A stretch of 64,000 bases of DNA, from the NCBI GenBank assembly GCA_021296265.1, contig JAGWAT010000014.1, forward strand, positions 1,829 to 65,828, in the 5' to 3' direction. Below are positions 10,213 to 19,314 of the stretch, one piece after another (the first letter of the stretch is position 1; each line of letters starts with the position of its first letter). The translations under genes and the position numbers were made by a program. The notes beneath the pieces were generated by a model. It made no database searches. It worked only from the letters and a program-made list of their open reading frames with translations, and was not told the DNA's origin. The DNA is from Alphaproteobacteria bacterium (GTDB lineage Bacteria; Pseudomonadota; Alphaproteobacteria; TMED109).

Positions 10213-11193
10213 ATGGAATATGTGAGCTTTGGACGCACGGGTACCAAAGTGTCAAAGCTGTGCCTTGGAATGATGACGTTCGGCACGCCTGGTTGGCGCG
10301 ACTACGTGATGGAGGAAGGACCCAGCCGGCCGATCATCAAGGCGGCGGTGGATGCGGGGATCAATTTCTTCGATACCGCGGACGTCTATGCCCGTGGCGG
10401 CAGCGAGGAGGTCACGGGCAAGGTGCTCGGCAGCCTGCTCCGACGCCACGAATACGTGCTGGCCACGAAGGTCTGCAATCCGATGAGCGACGACCCCAAC
10501 GATCGCGGCCTCTCCCGCAAGCACATCATGGAGAGCATCGATGCATCGCTTCAGCGCCTCGGCACGGACTACGTGGACCTCTACATCATCCACCGCTGGG
10601 ACCACAGCACGCCCATCGAGGAAACGATGGAGGCGCTGCACGACGTGGTACGCGCTGGCAAGGCCCTGTATCTCGGGGCATCGAGCATGTTTGCCTGGCA
10701 GTTCCTGAAGGCCCAGTCCGCGGCCCGACAGAACGGCTGGACGCCGTTCGTCTCGATGCAGAATCACTACAATCTGATCTACCGCGAAGAAGAGCGGGAA
10801 ATGATCCCGCTGTGCATCGACCAGGGTATCGCGGTGACTCCATGGAGCCCGCTGGCCAGAGGGTTTCTCGCCGGGACTCGCGAACGCGAGGGTGGAGGCA
10901 GCACCGTCCGCGCCAAGACCGACGAGATCGCGCAGAGGATGTACTACCGGGACGTCGACTTTGCGATTGCTGAGCGGGTCGGCGAGGTCGCAGCGCGTCT
11001 CGGGACGTCGCGACCGGAAGTGGCGCTCCGCTGGCTGATGACGAGGCCGGCGATCACCGCGCCGATCGTCGGGGTGTCAACCCAGGAGCAGCTTACCACG
11101 CTGCTGAAGGCCGCTGACGGAACGCTCGACGCGAGCGACGTGGAGTATCTGGAGGAACTCTATGAACCGCGCACCATAGCGGGTCATTTCTGA
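10213..11193 (+). CDS. aldo/keto reductase family oxidoreductase
   Basis: 326 aa. AKR segments INFFDTADVY, LATKV, VDLYIIHRWD, LGASSMFAWQ, SMQNHYNLIYREEE. Confidence 0.85.
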   Translation: MEYVSFGRTGTKVSKLCLGMMTFGTPGWRDYVMEEGPSRPIIKAAVDAGINFFDTADVYARGGSEEVTGKVLGSLLRRHEYVLATKVCNPMSDDPNDRGLSRKHIMESIDASLQRLGTDYVDLYIIHRWDHSTPIEETMEALHDVVRAGKALYLGASSMFAWQFLKAQSAARQNGWTPFVSMQNHYNLIYREEEREMIPLCIDQGIAVTPWSPLARGFLAGTREREGGGSTVRAKTDEIAQRMYYRDVDFAIAERVGEVAARLGTSRPEVALRWLMTRPAITAPIVGVSTQEQLTTLLKAADGTLDASDVEYLEELYEPRTIAGHF

Positions 11194-11201
11194 GTTCGAA
11201 T

Positions 11202-11291
11202 TGGCGGATGGGGAGGGATTCGAACCCCCGGATTCCTTGCGGAATCGCCGGTTTTCAAGACCGGTGCTTTCGACCACTCAGCCACCCATCC
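11202..11291 (-). tRNA. tRNA-Ser (anticodon UGA)
   Basis: Reverse complement reads GGATGGG-TG-GCTGAGTGGTCGAAAGC-A-CCGGT-CTTGAAA-ACCGG-long variable arm-GGGGGTTCGAATCCCTC-CCCATCC-G-CCA. The 7-bp acceptor stem pairs perfectly. Anticodon loop is CT-TGA-AA. It has a GTTCGAATC T-loop, a long extra arm typical of Ser and an encoded CCA. Confidence 0.93.
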
Positions 11292-11409
11292 GGTTGGTGC
11301 AGTCGGCGCGAAGACTACGGCGATAACGTGACACCTGCCAACGTCTGATCCTGCGAGCTGGCACCGCCCGGCTCGTGACCATCTGAGCAACGAGCCCCGC
11401 TGAAAGTTT

Positions 11410-13104
11410 ATGCACAGTAGCCAACAAACCATTCCCGTCGGCGATCTGGTCGCCGAGTTTCTCGACGCGATCGGGGTCGCCACCGTGTTCGGCGTAGTCT
11501 CGATTCACAACATCCCGATACTGGACGCCATCGGACGTCGGAACGCGATCCGTTTCGTGATGGGGCGGGGCGAGGCCGGCGCCGGGCACATGGCAGACGC
11601 CTATGCCCGCGTGTCAGGCGGGCTTGGTGTCCTGGTCACGAGCACGGGCCCGGGGGCGGCGAACGCCTCGGGGGCCTTGGTCGAAGCCGGGTTTGCCGGC
11701 ACCCCGCTGCTGCACCTTACCGGCCAGACTGCAAGCGGATACGTGGACCGCGGCCAGGGGCCGGTGCACGATGTGCCGGACCAGCTCGGCATGCTTGAGT
11801 CGGTGTCGAAGACAGCATTTCGAGTGCGGAGCGCGGAGACCGCCTTCGGGACGCTCGTCCAGGCCGCCACCCTGGCGCTTACTCCGCCGACCGGCCCGGT
11901 CAGCGTGGAGATTCCGATCGATCTTCAGCGGGAAACGGTCGCCCGGCCGGGGGAACTCGAGTTCCTGTCCCTGCCGCTGCCACGCCCCGACCCCGGTGCG
12001 ACAGCCGGCCTCGATGCGATCGCGGCGCGGGTCGCGAACGCACACCGCCCGTTGCTATGGACCGGCAACGGGGCCAAGCACGCTCGTGCTGCGGTGGAAC
12101 GCTGGCTGCAGCTCGGCATCCCGTTGGCAACGAGCTGGAACGGCCGCGGCGTCGTGCCGGAAGAGGGTCCACTGGTCCTCGGTCCCCTCATGACCACGCC
12201 CGAGTGTCTCGAGTTCCTGCGCTCGGTCGATCTGTTGGTGGTCGCCGGGTGTCGTCTCCGTGGACAGGAAACCGTTGACATGAGCATGCCGCTTCCGGAG
12301 AGCCGGATTCACATTGACGTGGATCCCGCAGCGTCCGGGCGCACATACAGCGCCGACCTCTTTCACGTGGGCGAGGCCGGGGCGGCCCTCGACGCCATCG
12401 CCGGGCGTCTCGAAGCGGCATCGCTCGCGATCGAATCCGAGCACGCTGCTGCCGTTGCCGCGGCCAAGGATCGGGCGGTGGCCAACTATACGGACGGACT
12501 GGATGCGTACCGGGAGTTCCCGGCCCGTATGCGCGAAGCGATGCCGCGGGATGCCGTCTGGGTTCGGGATATCACGCTCGCGAACAGCACGTGGGGCAAC
12601 CGGATTTTTCCGCTCAGTGATCCGCGCTCTAATGTCTTTCCGATCAGCGCGGCGATTGGCCCGGGGCTGCCGTTCGGAATTGGCGCGGCCATCGGGGCCA
12701 ACGGCCGGAAGGTCGTCTCGATGTGCGGGGACGGCGGTTTCTGTCTCAGCCTGGCTGAGGTGTGGACTGCAGTGCAGGAACAGTCGGACGTCGTTTTCGT
12801 CGTCATGAACGACAACGGATACGGCGTTATCCGGCATATTCAGGACGCGCTGTACGGCGGCCGACACTTCTTCGGCGATCTGCTTGCCCCGGATTTCCAA
12901 CAGCTGGCAGCTCTGGCCGGGCTGCACTTTGCGCGGGTCCGGGCAGTGGATCAACTTGACGGGGCCATGCGAGAGGCGCTGGCGGTAACCGGTCCGGCGC
13001 TGATTGAAATCGACATGGCGGCGATCGGTGAGTACCCGCGCTACTTCAGGCCTCCGCCGTACACGCGGCAGAACGACACGACATCGCAACTACGGTCCCG
13101 CTGA
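11410..13104 (+). CDS. thiamine diphosphate-binding enzyme (acetolactate synthase-like family)
   Basis: 564 aa. N-terminal Pyr domain (GEAGAGHMADAYAR...VTSTGPGAANA). C-terminal ThDP motif GDGGFCLSLAEVWTAV...VVFVVMNDNGYG. Substrate not inferable. Confidence 0.8.
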   Translation: MHSSQQTIPVGDLVAEFLDAIGVATVFGVVSIHNIPILDAIGRRNAIRFVMGRGEAGAGHMADAYARVSGGLGVLVTSTGPGAANASGALVEAGFAGTPLLHLTGQTASGYVDRGQGPVHDVPDQLGMLESVSKTAFRVRSAETAFGTLVQAATLALTPPTGPVSVEIPIDLQRETVARPGELEFLSLPLPRPDPGATAGLDAIAARVANAHRPLLWTGNGAKHARAAVERWLQLGIPLATSWNGRGVVPEEGPLVLGPLMTTPECLEFLRSVDLLVVAGCRLRGQETVDMSMPLPESRIHIDVDPAASGRTYSADLFHVGEAGAALDAIAGRLEAASLAIESEHAAAVAAAKDRAVANYTDGLDAYREFPARMREAMPRDAVWVRDITLANSTWGNRIFPLSDPRSNVFPISAAIGPGLPFGIGAAIGANGRKVVSMCGDGGFCLSLAEVWTAVQEQSDVVFVVMNDNGYGVIRHIQDALYGGRHFFGDLLAPDFQQLAALAGLHFARVRAVDQLDGAMREALAVTGPALIEIDMAAIGEYPRYFRPPPYTRQNDTTSQLRSR

Positions 13105-13205
13105 GGTCCGGCGGGCCGACGCGTTCCAGCCGACCGGGTCCAAACCCGGCCGTTCGTGGGCTTGGCGTCGGTCCCCGGCCCGTTCGGAGCTCGGGAACAC
13201 TCCTC

Positions 13206-13933
13206 TCACTCCCCGTCGATGGCCGCGAAATGCCTCAGGACTTCCTGATGCATTAGCCGCTCGAACGCGTCCTCCTTGGGCGCGGCCTCGATGCGCGCGA
13301 GCAATTCCTCGGCCTGACCCCGGAAATCGTCGGGGTCGAGCTGGCGTAGCCGGCCATCACGATGACATTGTCAGGAGCGAGTTCCGTCGCCCGCTGGTAG
13401 TGGGCGAGCGCCGCATCTTCGCTGGCTCCGTAGATCACGGCTCCCAGGAAACCGGCCGCATCGATGATCTTGGCGTTCCAACCGCCGACCGCCAAGTGCC
13501 CGTACACGAAATCAGGATCGATTTCGAGGCCCCGTTGCATCGACGCAATCGTCTTCTCGGCGTAGCCGCCACTCAAAGCCTGGGTGGTCGGGAGTGTTTC
13601 CGCGTACCGTCCCATGGCGTGCGCCAGCTCTTGATGCGCGAGCTTGTTGGAGTCGTCAAGTTCGACGGCCCGCTCGCCCAGATCGACAGCCCGAGTCAGA
13701 ACAGCCTGCTTCTCTTCCTTCGTCGCGGCGAGATGGTGTCCGTAAATCGCCAGGGATTGCGCGGCCAAGGCATACCCTTCCGAGGTTCCAACCGCTTCTC
13801 CAAGATCGGCCGCCTCGAGGAACCTGCCCTCGAAACGGGCGGTCGTTACGTCTTCGATGGTCTGCGCAGCGGCTGCTCCCGAGGCAAAGATGACAATTGC
13901 CAGCAGTGCGAACGGTCTTGCAAGTTTGGCCAC
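13206..13933 (-). pseudogene. secreted helical-repeat (TPR-like) hypothetical protein, frame disrupted near 13350-13360
   Basis: Start GTG 13933 (AGAGG upstream) gives signal peptide VAKLARPFALLAIVIFASGAAAA. The track frame (13253..14491) turns into an Arg/Ser/Pro-rich tail after ...PDNVIVMAGYA. A shifted frame continues as RQLDPDDFRGQAEELLARIEAAPKEDAFERLMHQEVLRHFAAIDGE and stops at 13206-13208. The span is 728 nt, which is 3n+2. Confidence 0.55.
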
Positions 13934-14237
13934 GGGGCACCTCTGATGTTGCGTCAAGGACTGGCACCGATTGTACCGGCTGCCACGCCTCGTTCCACCG
14001 TGGCCGGCCCGCCGCATCGGGGAGCAACGGCGGCCCGGGCCCATGGTTCCTCGGGTTCCAGCTTGCATCACCGCTCGTGAGGCGGCGGGGCCGATCGAGG
14101 CCGGGCGCGGGAGTACGCTCCATCCCGTCAGGCGACTGGCTGGACGGTGGCCGCAGACGTCTGATTGCGCAGCACCGGCACGACGAGGCTCTGGCCAACG
14201 CGACGTCGGACGGGCACTCGCTAGAGTCGCTGTCCGG

Positions 14238-15740
14238 ATGAACGGCACCATGACGCAACCTGCACTTCTCGCTATCGACCAGGGAACCAGCAGCAGCCGG
14301 GCCATCGTGTTCAGCCGTGACGGGAGCCCGCTGGTGATCGCCCAAGAGGCGATTTCGTCACGGTACCCCGCCGGCGGGTGGGTCGAGCAGGATCCGGAAG
14401 AGATTTGGCGCGCCACACTCTCGACGTGTCGCGCCGCTGTCCGCGCCGCTGACGACCAGGGACTGGCGATCGTCGCTGCCGGTATTGCCAATCAGCGCGA
14501 GACGACATTGGTTTGGGACCGGGTCACGGGCCGACCGATCTACAACGCGATCGTCTGGCAGGACCGTCGCGGGGCGGCGCGCTGCGCTGAACTTCGACGA
14601 CAGGGGCTGGCACCAGCGATTTCAAAGGCGACCGGGCTGGTTCCTGACTCCTATTTTTCTGCGACCAAGCTTGAATGGCTGCTCGGGCACGTCGGAGAGA
14701 GCGGTGCGGGTGCCGCAAGTCGCGCCTTGGCGTTCGGGACAATTGACAGCTTCTTGCTGTGGCGCCTTACCGGAGGCCGCGTGCACGCGACCGACGCTAC
14801 GAATGCTTCGCGCACCATGCTGTTCAACATCGATACCCAGCAATGGGACCCGGATCTGCTGGAGTTGTTCGGGGTGGCCCGTTCGGTGCTGCCGGAAGTC
14901 CGGGACAGCGTGGCCGACTACGGAACGATTGATTCCGCGTTGTTTGGAGATGAGATCCCGATCTGCGGTGTGGCCGGTGACCAGCAAGCGGCTGCGGTGG
15001 GCCAGGCATGCTTTGCGCCGGGGATGGCCAAGTGCACGTACGGCACGGGCGCGTTCCTGCTGATCAACGTCGGCAGCGAGCTGCCAGACGCCGGGAGCGG
15101 GCTGCTTGGGACCGTTGGCTGCCGAATGGGGAAGCACGTCAGTTACGCCATCGAAGGCACGATCTTCAATGCCGGCAGCACGATGCAGTGGTTAAGTGAG
15201 ACCCTTCGGCTGGTGGCTGATCCCGCCCGTTCCTCGGGGCTGGCCGGGACAGTGCACGACAGTGGCGGGGTCGTGCTCGTGCCTGCATTTACCGGATTGG
15301 GGGCGCCGCACTGGGACCCGGAAGCGCGTGCCGGACTCTTCGGTTTGACGCGTGATACCACGCCGGCGCACATCGTGCGTGCGGGTCTGGAAGCGGTTGC
15401 CTACCAGACCCACGACCTGGTCACGGCTGCCGGCGGGCTTGGCCGGAATGGCCGGCTTCGCGTCGATGGCGCTATGGCCAACAACGATTGGCTCATGCAG
15501 TTTCTTGCGGACACCCTCGACACGCCCGTGGAGCGGCCAGTGGTGAGCGAGACGACCGCTCTCGGGGCGGCCTTTTTGGCGGGTCTCGGTGCCGGTGTCT
15601 ACCGCGACACCCAGGAACTGAGCCGACTGTGGAAGGAAGACCGCTGCTTTGAACCGACCGGCGCCGACCCTTCCGCCAACCTTGTGCTCTGGCAGGAATG
15701 TGTCCAGCGAGTGCGGCGGCCCGGCGACGCCGGGTCCTGA
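14238..15740 (+). CDS. glpK: glycerol kinase
   Basis: Track ORF 13971..15740. Homology-like sequence begins at ATG 14238/14250 (MNGTMTQPALLAIDQGTSSSRAIVF), giving about 500 aa. FGGY kinase segments NQRETTLVWD, GDQQAAAVGQ, TYGTGAF, GAPHWDP. Confidence 0.9.
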   Translation: MNGTMTQPALLAIDQGTSSSRAIVFSRDGSPLVIAQEAISSRYPAGGWVEQDPEEIWRATLSTCRAAVRAADDQGLAIVAAGIANQRETTLVWDRVTGRPIYNAIVWQDRRGAARCAELRRQGLAPAISKATGLVPDSYFSATKLEWLLGHVGESGAGAASRALAFGTIDSFLLWRLTGGRVHATDATNASRTMLFNIDTQQWDPDLLELFGVARSVLPEVRDSVADYGTIDSALFGDEIPICGVAGDQQAAAVGQACFAPGMAKCTYGTGAFLLINVGSELPDAGSGLLGTVGCRMGKHVSYAIEGTIFNAGSTMQWLSETLRLVADPARSSGLAGTVHDSGGVVLVPAFTGLGAPHWDPEARAGLFGLTRDTTPAHIVRAGLEAVAYQTHDLVTAAGGLGRNGRLRVDGAMANNDWLMQFLADTLDTPVERPVVSETTALGAAFLAGLGAGVYRDTQELSRLWKEDRCFEPTGADPSANLVLWQECVQRVRRPGDAGS

Positions 15741-15943
15741 GCGGCTCACCAGGTCCGACATCGATCAGCGGGCCATCTTCTGGTCGCCCGGCCATGCTAT
15801 TTCGCTTGCAAAATTTGCTCGTTCCGCTTAGAGCAAGGCCAGTACTCACACGGGAACGGCCCGGCGTTGTCTGCGCCCGGCCATCCGGTGCCGGATTGTC
15901 CGGTTTCTCCCGTGGCGGCTCAACCGGATAAAGGAGCTTCCGA

Positions 15944-16963
15944 GTGTCTATCCCCAACTTCACCATGCGCCAGCTTCTGGAAGCTGGCGTGCATTTTGGT
16001 CACATGGTTCGCCGATGGAACCCGCGGATGGCCCCGTTCATCCACAGCGAACGTGACGGCATTCACATCATCGATCTGCAGCAGACCGTGCCAATGCTGT
16101 ATGCGGCCCTGGCATTTCTGCGGGAAGTCGCGGCCGGCGGGGGCCGCGTGCTGTTTGTCGGCACCAAGCGGCAGGCCCAGCGCCCGGTCGAAGAACACGC
16201 CCTGCGGTGCGGCCAGCACTACGTTAACCAGCGCTGGCTCGGCGGCATGCTGACCAACTGGAAGACGATCTCGAAATCGATCGACCGTCTGAAGCAAATG
16301 GAACAACGGCTGGAGGAAGATGAGGGCAACCTCCCGAAGAAGGAGGTGCTGAACTTGCAGCGACAGCGCGTGAAGCTGCTCCGCTCGCTCGGCGGAATTC
16401 GTGAAATGGGCGGGCTGCCGGATGCCATGGTGGTCGTGGACACCAACCACGAGCGCATCGCCGTGGCCGAGGCCAGGTCGCTGGGGATCCCGGTCGTCGG
16501 CGTCTTGGACACCAATTCCGACCCGGTGGGGATCGATTACCCGATCCCGGGCAATGATGACGCGACGCGCGCGGTGATCCTGTACTGCGAGCTGGCGGCG
16601 AATGCCGTGCTGGGCGGGCTGGAAGAAGAGCAGAAGCTGGCCGGAGTCGATGTTGGTGCATCGGAGGAGGGTGGCGTCGGGGACACGTCCCTCGACGTGG
16701 ACGACGAGACGACCGAGGCCGACTCGGAGGCTCCAGCGGCAGCGACTGCGGAAGTCGCCGCGCCCGTTGACTCCCCGGACGAAGTCAATTCTTCGGGCGA
16801 AGCGGAAGCGGTGACGGTGAACACCGGAGGCGAGATGGCACCCGAGGCTGCCGGGTCGGATGGGGCTATGCCGGAGGGGGCCGGGTCGGAAGGGACTGAG
16901 CCAGAAGAGGCCGCCCCGCCCGAATCAGCCGTGCCGGAAACAGTCGTAGAGACAGAACAATGA
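15944..16963 (+). CDS. rpsB: 30S ribosomal protein S2 with long acidic C-terminal extension
   Basis: GTG start preceded by AAAGGAG. MRQLLEAGVHFGH...RWNPRM...IHIIDLQQT is the S2 core. About 90 extra Glu/Ala/Pro/Ser-rich residues at the C-terminus. ATGA overlap with tsf. Confidence 0.93.
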   Translation: MSIPNFTMRQLLEAGVHFGHMVRRWNPRMAPFIHSERDGIHIIDLQQTVPMLYAALAFLREVAAGGGRVLFVGTKRQAQRPVEEHALRCGQHYVNQRWLGGMLTNWKTISKSIDRLKQMEQRLEEDEGNLPKKEVLNLQRQRVKLLRSLGGIREMGGLPDAMVVVDTNHERIAVAEARSLGIPVVGVLDTNSDPVGIDYPIPGNDDATRAVILYCELAANAVLGGLEEEQKLAGVDVGASEEGGVGDTSLDVDDETTEADSEAPAAATAEVAAPVDSPDEVNSSGEAEAVTVNTGGEMAPEAAGSDGAMPEGAGSEGTEPEEAAPPESAVPETVVETEQ

Positions 16964-17883
16964 CCCGAATTTCTGCAGCGCTGGTCAAGCAGCTTCGAGA
17001 GAAGACCGGCTCCGGCATGATGGACTGCAAGCGCGCGCTGGCGGAAACCGACGGTGATCTGGAGGCGGCACAGGACTGGCTGCGCGCGAAGGGTATCGCC
17101 GGGGCCGAAAAGAAGACGGGGCGGGCTGCCGCCGAGGGACTGGTGGGTATCCGCGTGGACGGTAACCGGGCGACCTTGGTGGAAGTCAATGCCGAAACCG
17201 ACTTTGTCGCGCGGAATGCGGAATTCCAGGAGTTTGTTCGCGAGGTTGCGGAGGCTGGGCTGGACGCTGGCGGTGACGTCGACGTGCTCGCTGCATCGCG
17301 GCTGAGTGGGGGCGCGACGGTCGCCGAGCGGGCGATCGAGGTGAGCGCCCGCACCGGCGAGAACATCGTGGTGCGCCGTACCGAGTCGGTGGCAATCGAG
17401 CGCGGACTGATCGGGAGCTACATGCACGGTTCCGTCGTGCCCGGCCTCGGGCGCATTGGCACGCTGGTCGCGGTCGAAACCGACGAGCAACCGGTAGGCC
17501 TTGAAGAGTGCGTCAAGCAGCTTGCCATGCATGTGGCCGCCGCCAGGCCGCGGGCAATCCGTCGTGATGACCTCGACCCCGCATTGATTGAGCGGGAACG
17601 GGCTGTGCTCCTGGAACAGGCGAGGGAGAGCGGCCGGCCGGACCATATCATCGAGAAGATGGTCGATGGCCGGATGCGGAAGTTCTACGGCGAGGTGGTG
17701 CTTACGGAACAGGTGTGGGTCATCGACAACAAGACGAAGGTCAGTGATGCCCTCGCCTCGGCCGCGAAGGAAGTGGGGGTGGGGGCCGAACTGTCCGGCC
17801 TTGCCTGCCTCGTGCTTGGTGAAGGCGTCGAGAAGCGGGTGTCTAATCTGGCCGACGAGGTTGCCGGTACGCTCAAGAGTTGA
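16960..17883 (+). CDS. tsf: translation elongation factor Ts
   Basis: 307 aa. N-terminal UBA-like ISAALVKQLREKTGSGMMDCKRALAETDGDLEAAQDWLR, then NAETDFVARN. Confidence 0.93.
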   Translation: MTRISAALVKQLREKTGSGMMDCKRALAETDGDLEAAQDWLRAKGIAGAEKKTGRAAAEGLVGIRVDGNRATLVEVNAETDFVARNAEFQEFVREVAEAGLDAGGDVDVLAASRLSGGATVAERAIEVSARTGENIVVRRTESVAIERGLIGSYMHGSVVPGLGRIGTLVAVETDEQPVGLEECVKQLAMHVAAARPRAIRRDDLDPALIERERAVLLEQARESGRPDHIIEKMVDGRMRKFYGEVVLTEQVWVIDNKTKVSDALASAAKEVGVGAELSGLACLVLGEGVEKRVSNLADEVAGTLKS

Positions 17884-17917
17884 TCGGCCCGGCGATCGCC
17901 GGTGGTGAAGGGGACCG

Positions 17918-18751
17918 ATGGGCGCGAGCCGAGGGACCAGAGCGAAGACGGTAGCGTTACCGCCGGGGCCGTACTATCGGCGGGTGCTCGTGAAGTTGTC
18001 CGGCGAGGCGTTCGCCGGTCCGCAGGGGTATGGGATTGACGGCGAGAAGGTAAGCCACATCGCCAGAGAGGTCCGGTCGGTCTATCGCCTGGGCGTCCAA
18101 GTCTGCATCGTGATCGGGGCGGGCAATATTTTCCGCGGTGCGGAGAGCAAGCTGCAATACCTTGACCGTCCCACGGCGGACGAAATGGGGATGCTGGCCA
18201 CCGTCATCAATGGGCTGGCGCTGCACAGCGCCCTGCGGGCCCAAAACATCAAGGCGCACGTGATGTCCGCAATTTCCATGCCGGAGATCTGCCAGCCGTT
18301 CGTGCGCTGGCAGGCGCATGCCTATCTTGAACAGTCGGAGGTCCTGGTGTGTGCCGCAGGCACTGGGTCCCCGCTGTTTACTACGGACACCGCTGCCGCC
18401 GTGCGTGCAGCGGAACTGCGGTGCGACGCAATCTTCAAGGGGACGCAGGTGGACGGGATCTACGATTCCGATCCGCATCGCAACCCGAATGCCAGGCGGT
18501 TTCCCTGGATATCGTACCAACACGCCCTCGCGAAGAATCTTAAGGTGATGGATTCGGCCGCGCTGTCGATCGCCAGGGACGCGAAGATCCCGATCCTGGT
18601 GTTCTCGCTCGAGGGGACCAACGCACTCGTCGACGCGGTGCAGGGCCAGGGAACATTTACGATGGTCAGCGACGAGCCACGCCACCTGGTGCTGCACGAC
18701 CGCCGGGTCGGTGAGAAGGCCTTCGGTATGATGGGCGCTGAGGAAGGCTGA
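17918..18751 (+). CDS. pyrH: UMP kinase
   Basis: RVLVKLSGEAF, IVIGAGNIFRG, PLFTTDTAAAVRA, KGTQVDGIYDSDP. About 20-aa N-terminal and about 25-aa C-terminal extensions relative to the core, so the true start may be later. Confidence 0.9.
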   Translation: MGASRGTRAKTVALPPGPYYRRVLVKLSGEAFAGPQGYGIDGEKVSHIAREVRSVYRLGVQVCIVIGAGNIFRGAESKLQYLDRPTADEMGMLATVINGLALHSALRAQNIKAHVMSAISMPEICQPFVRWQAHAYLEQSEVLVCAAGTGSPLFTTDTAAAVRAAELRCDAIFKGTQVDGIYDSDPHRNPNARRFPWISYQHALAKNLKVMDSAALSIARDAKIPILVFSLEGTNALVDAVQGQGTFTMVSDEPRHLVLHDRRVGEKAFGMMGAEEG

Positions 18752-18756
18752 TTACC

Positions 18757-19314
18757 ATGACCGATTCGAATCTCGCCGATGCCAAACGACGCATGGATGG
18801 CGCCATTCGCGTTCTCAAGGAAGAGTTCTCCGGGCTACGCTCCGGGCGTGCTCACACGAGCCTTCTGGAACCCATCCAGGTCGAGGCATACGGGCAGACC
18901 ATGCGGCTCTCTGAGGTGGCGAGTGTTGGCGCGCCGGAAGCACGTCTCCTGACCGTCCAGGTATGGGACCAGGGCAACGTCAAGGCAGCCGAACGGGCCA
19001 TCCGTGAATCGGATCTCGGGCTCAATCCCATCACGGAAGGAACACTCCTCCGGGTTCCGCTGCCGGAACTGACGGAAGACCGACGCAAGGAGTTCGCGAG
19101 AACCGCTGATCGCTATGCCGAGCAAGCCCGGGTCGCCATTCGAAATGTCCGACAGCATGTGATGCAGAGTCTTCGCAACGCACAGCGGGAGGGCACACTG
19201 TCGGAGGATGAACATCGGCGAGAAAGCGATGAGGTGCAGACACTTACCGATGATTTTGTCGGGCAGGTCGACCAGTTGGTAGCAGTCAAGCGGCAGGAAA
19301 TTCTGCAGGTGTGA
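18757..19314 (+). CDS. frr: ribosome recycling factor
   Basis: 185 aa. EEFSGLRSGRA, LTVQVWD, LGLNP, IRNVR motifs in the conserved position after pyrH. Confidence 0.93.
   Translation: MTDSNLADAKRRMDGAIRVLKEEFSGLRSGRAHTSLLEPIQVEAYGQTMRLSEVASVGAPEARLLTVQVWDQGNVKAAERAIRESDLGLNPITEGTLLRVPLPELTEDRRKEFARTADRYAEQARVAIRNVRQHVMQSLRNAQREGTLSEDEHRRESDEVQTLTDDFVGQVDQLVAVKRQEILQV

Noticed and set aside
12055-13089. 344-aa minus ORF antisense to the ThDP enzyme, and the + ORF 13004..14080 (358 aa) antisense to the secreted protein
   Set aside because: Both are Arg/Pro/Gly-rich without motifs. The partner strands encode a ThDP-binding motif and a signal peptide protein respectively.
15806-15833. TTGCAA-16 nt-TTAGAG as the rpsB promoter, and a structured S2-autoregulatory leader at 15834-15943
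   Set aside because: This is hexamer spotting alone in a clade with weakly conserved -10 elements. I cannot demonstrate the leader fold by eye. Transcription-start data would be needed.
16537-17646. 369-aa minus ORF antisense to tsf/rpsB; also 22042..23133 (antisense rseP), 26179..27183 (antisense lpxD), 29202..30275 (antisense lpxB) and 32635..34269 (antisense IorB-type gene)
   Set aside because: All overlap strongly supported sense genes end to end and have off-frame amino-acid composition. None has a plausible Shine-Dalgarno or start context.
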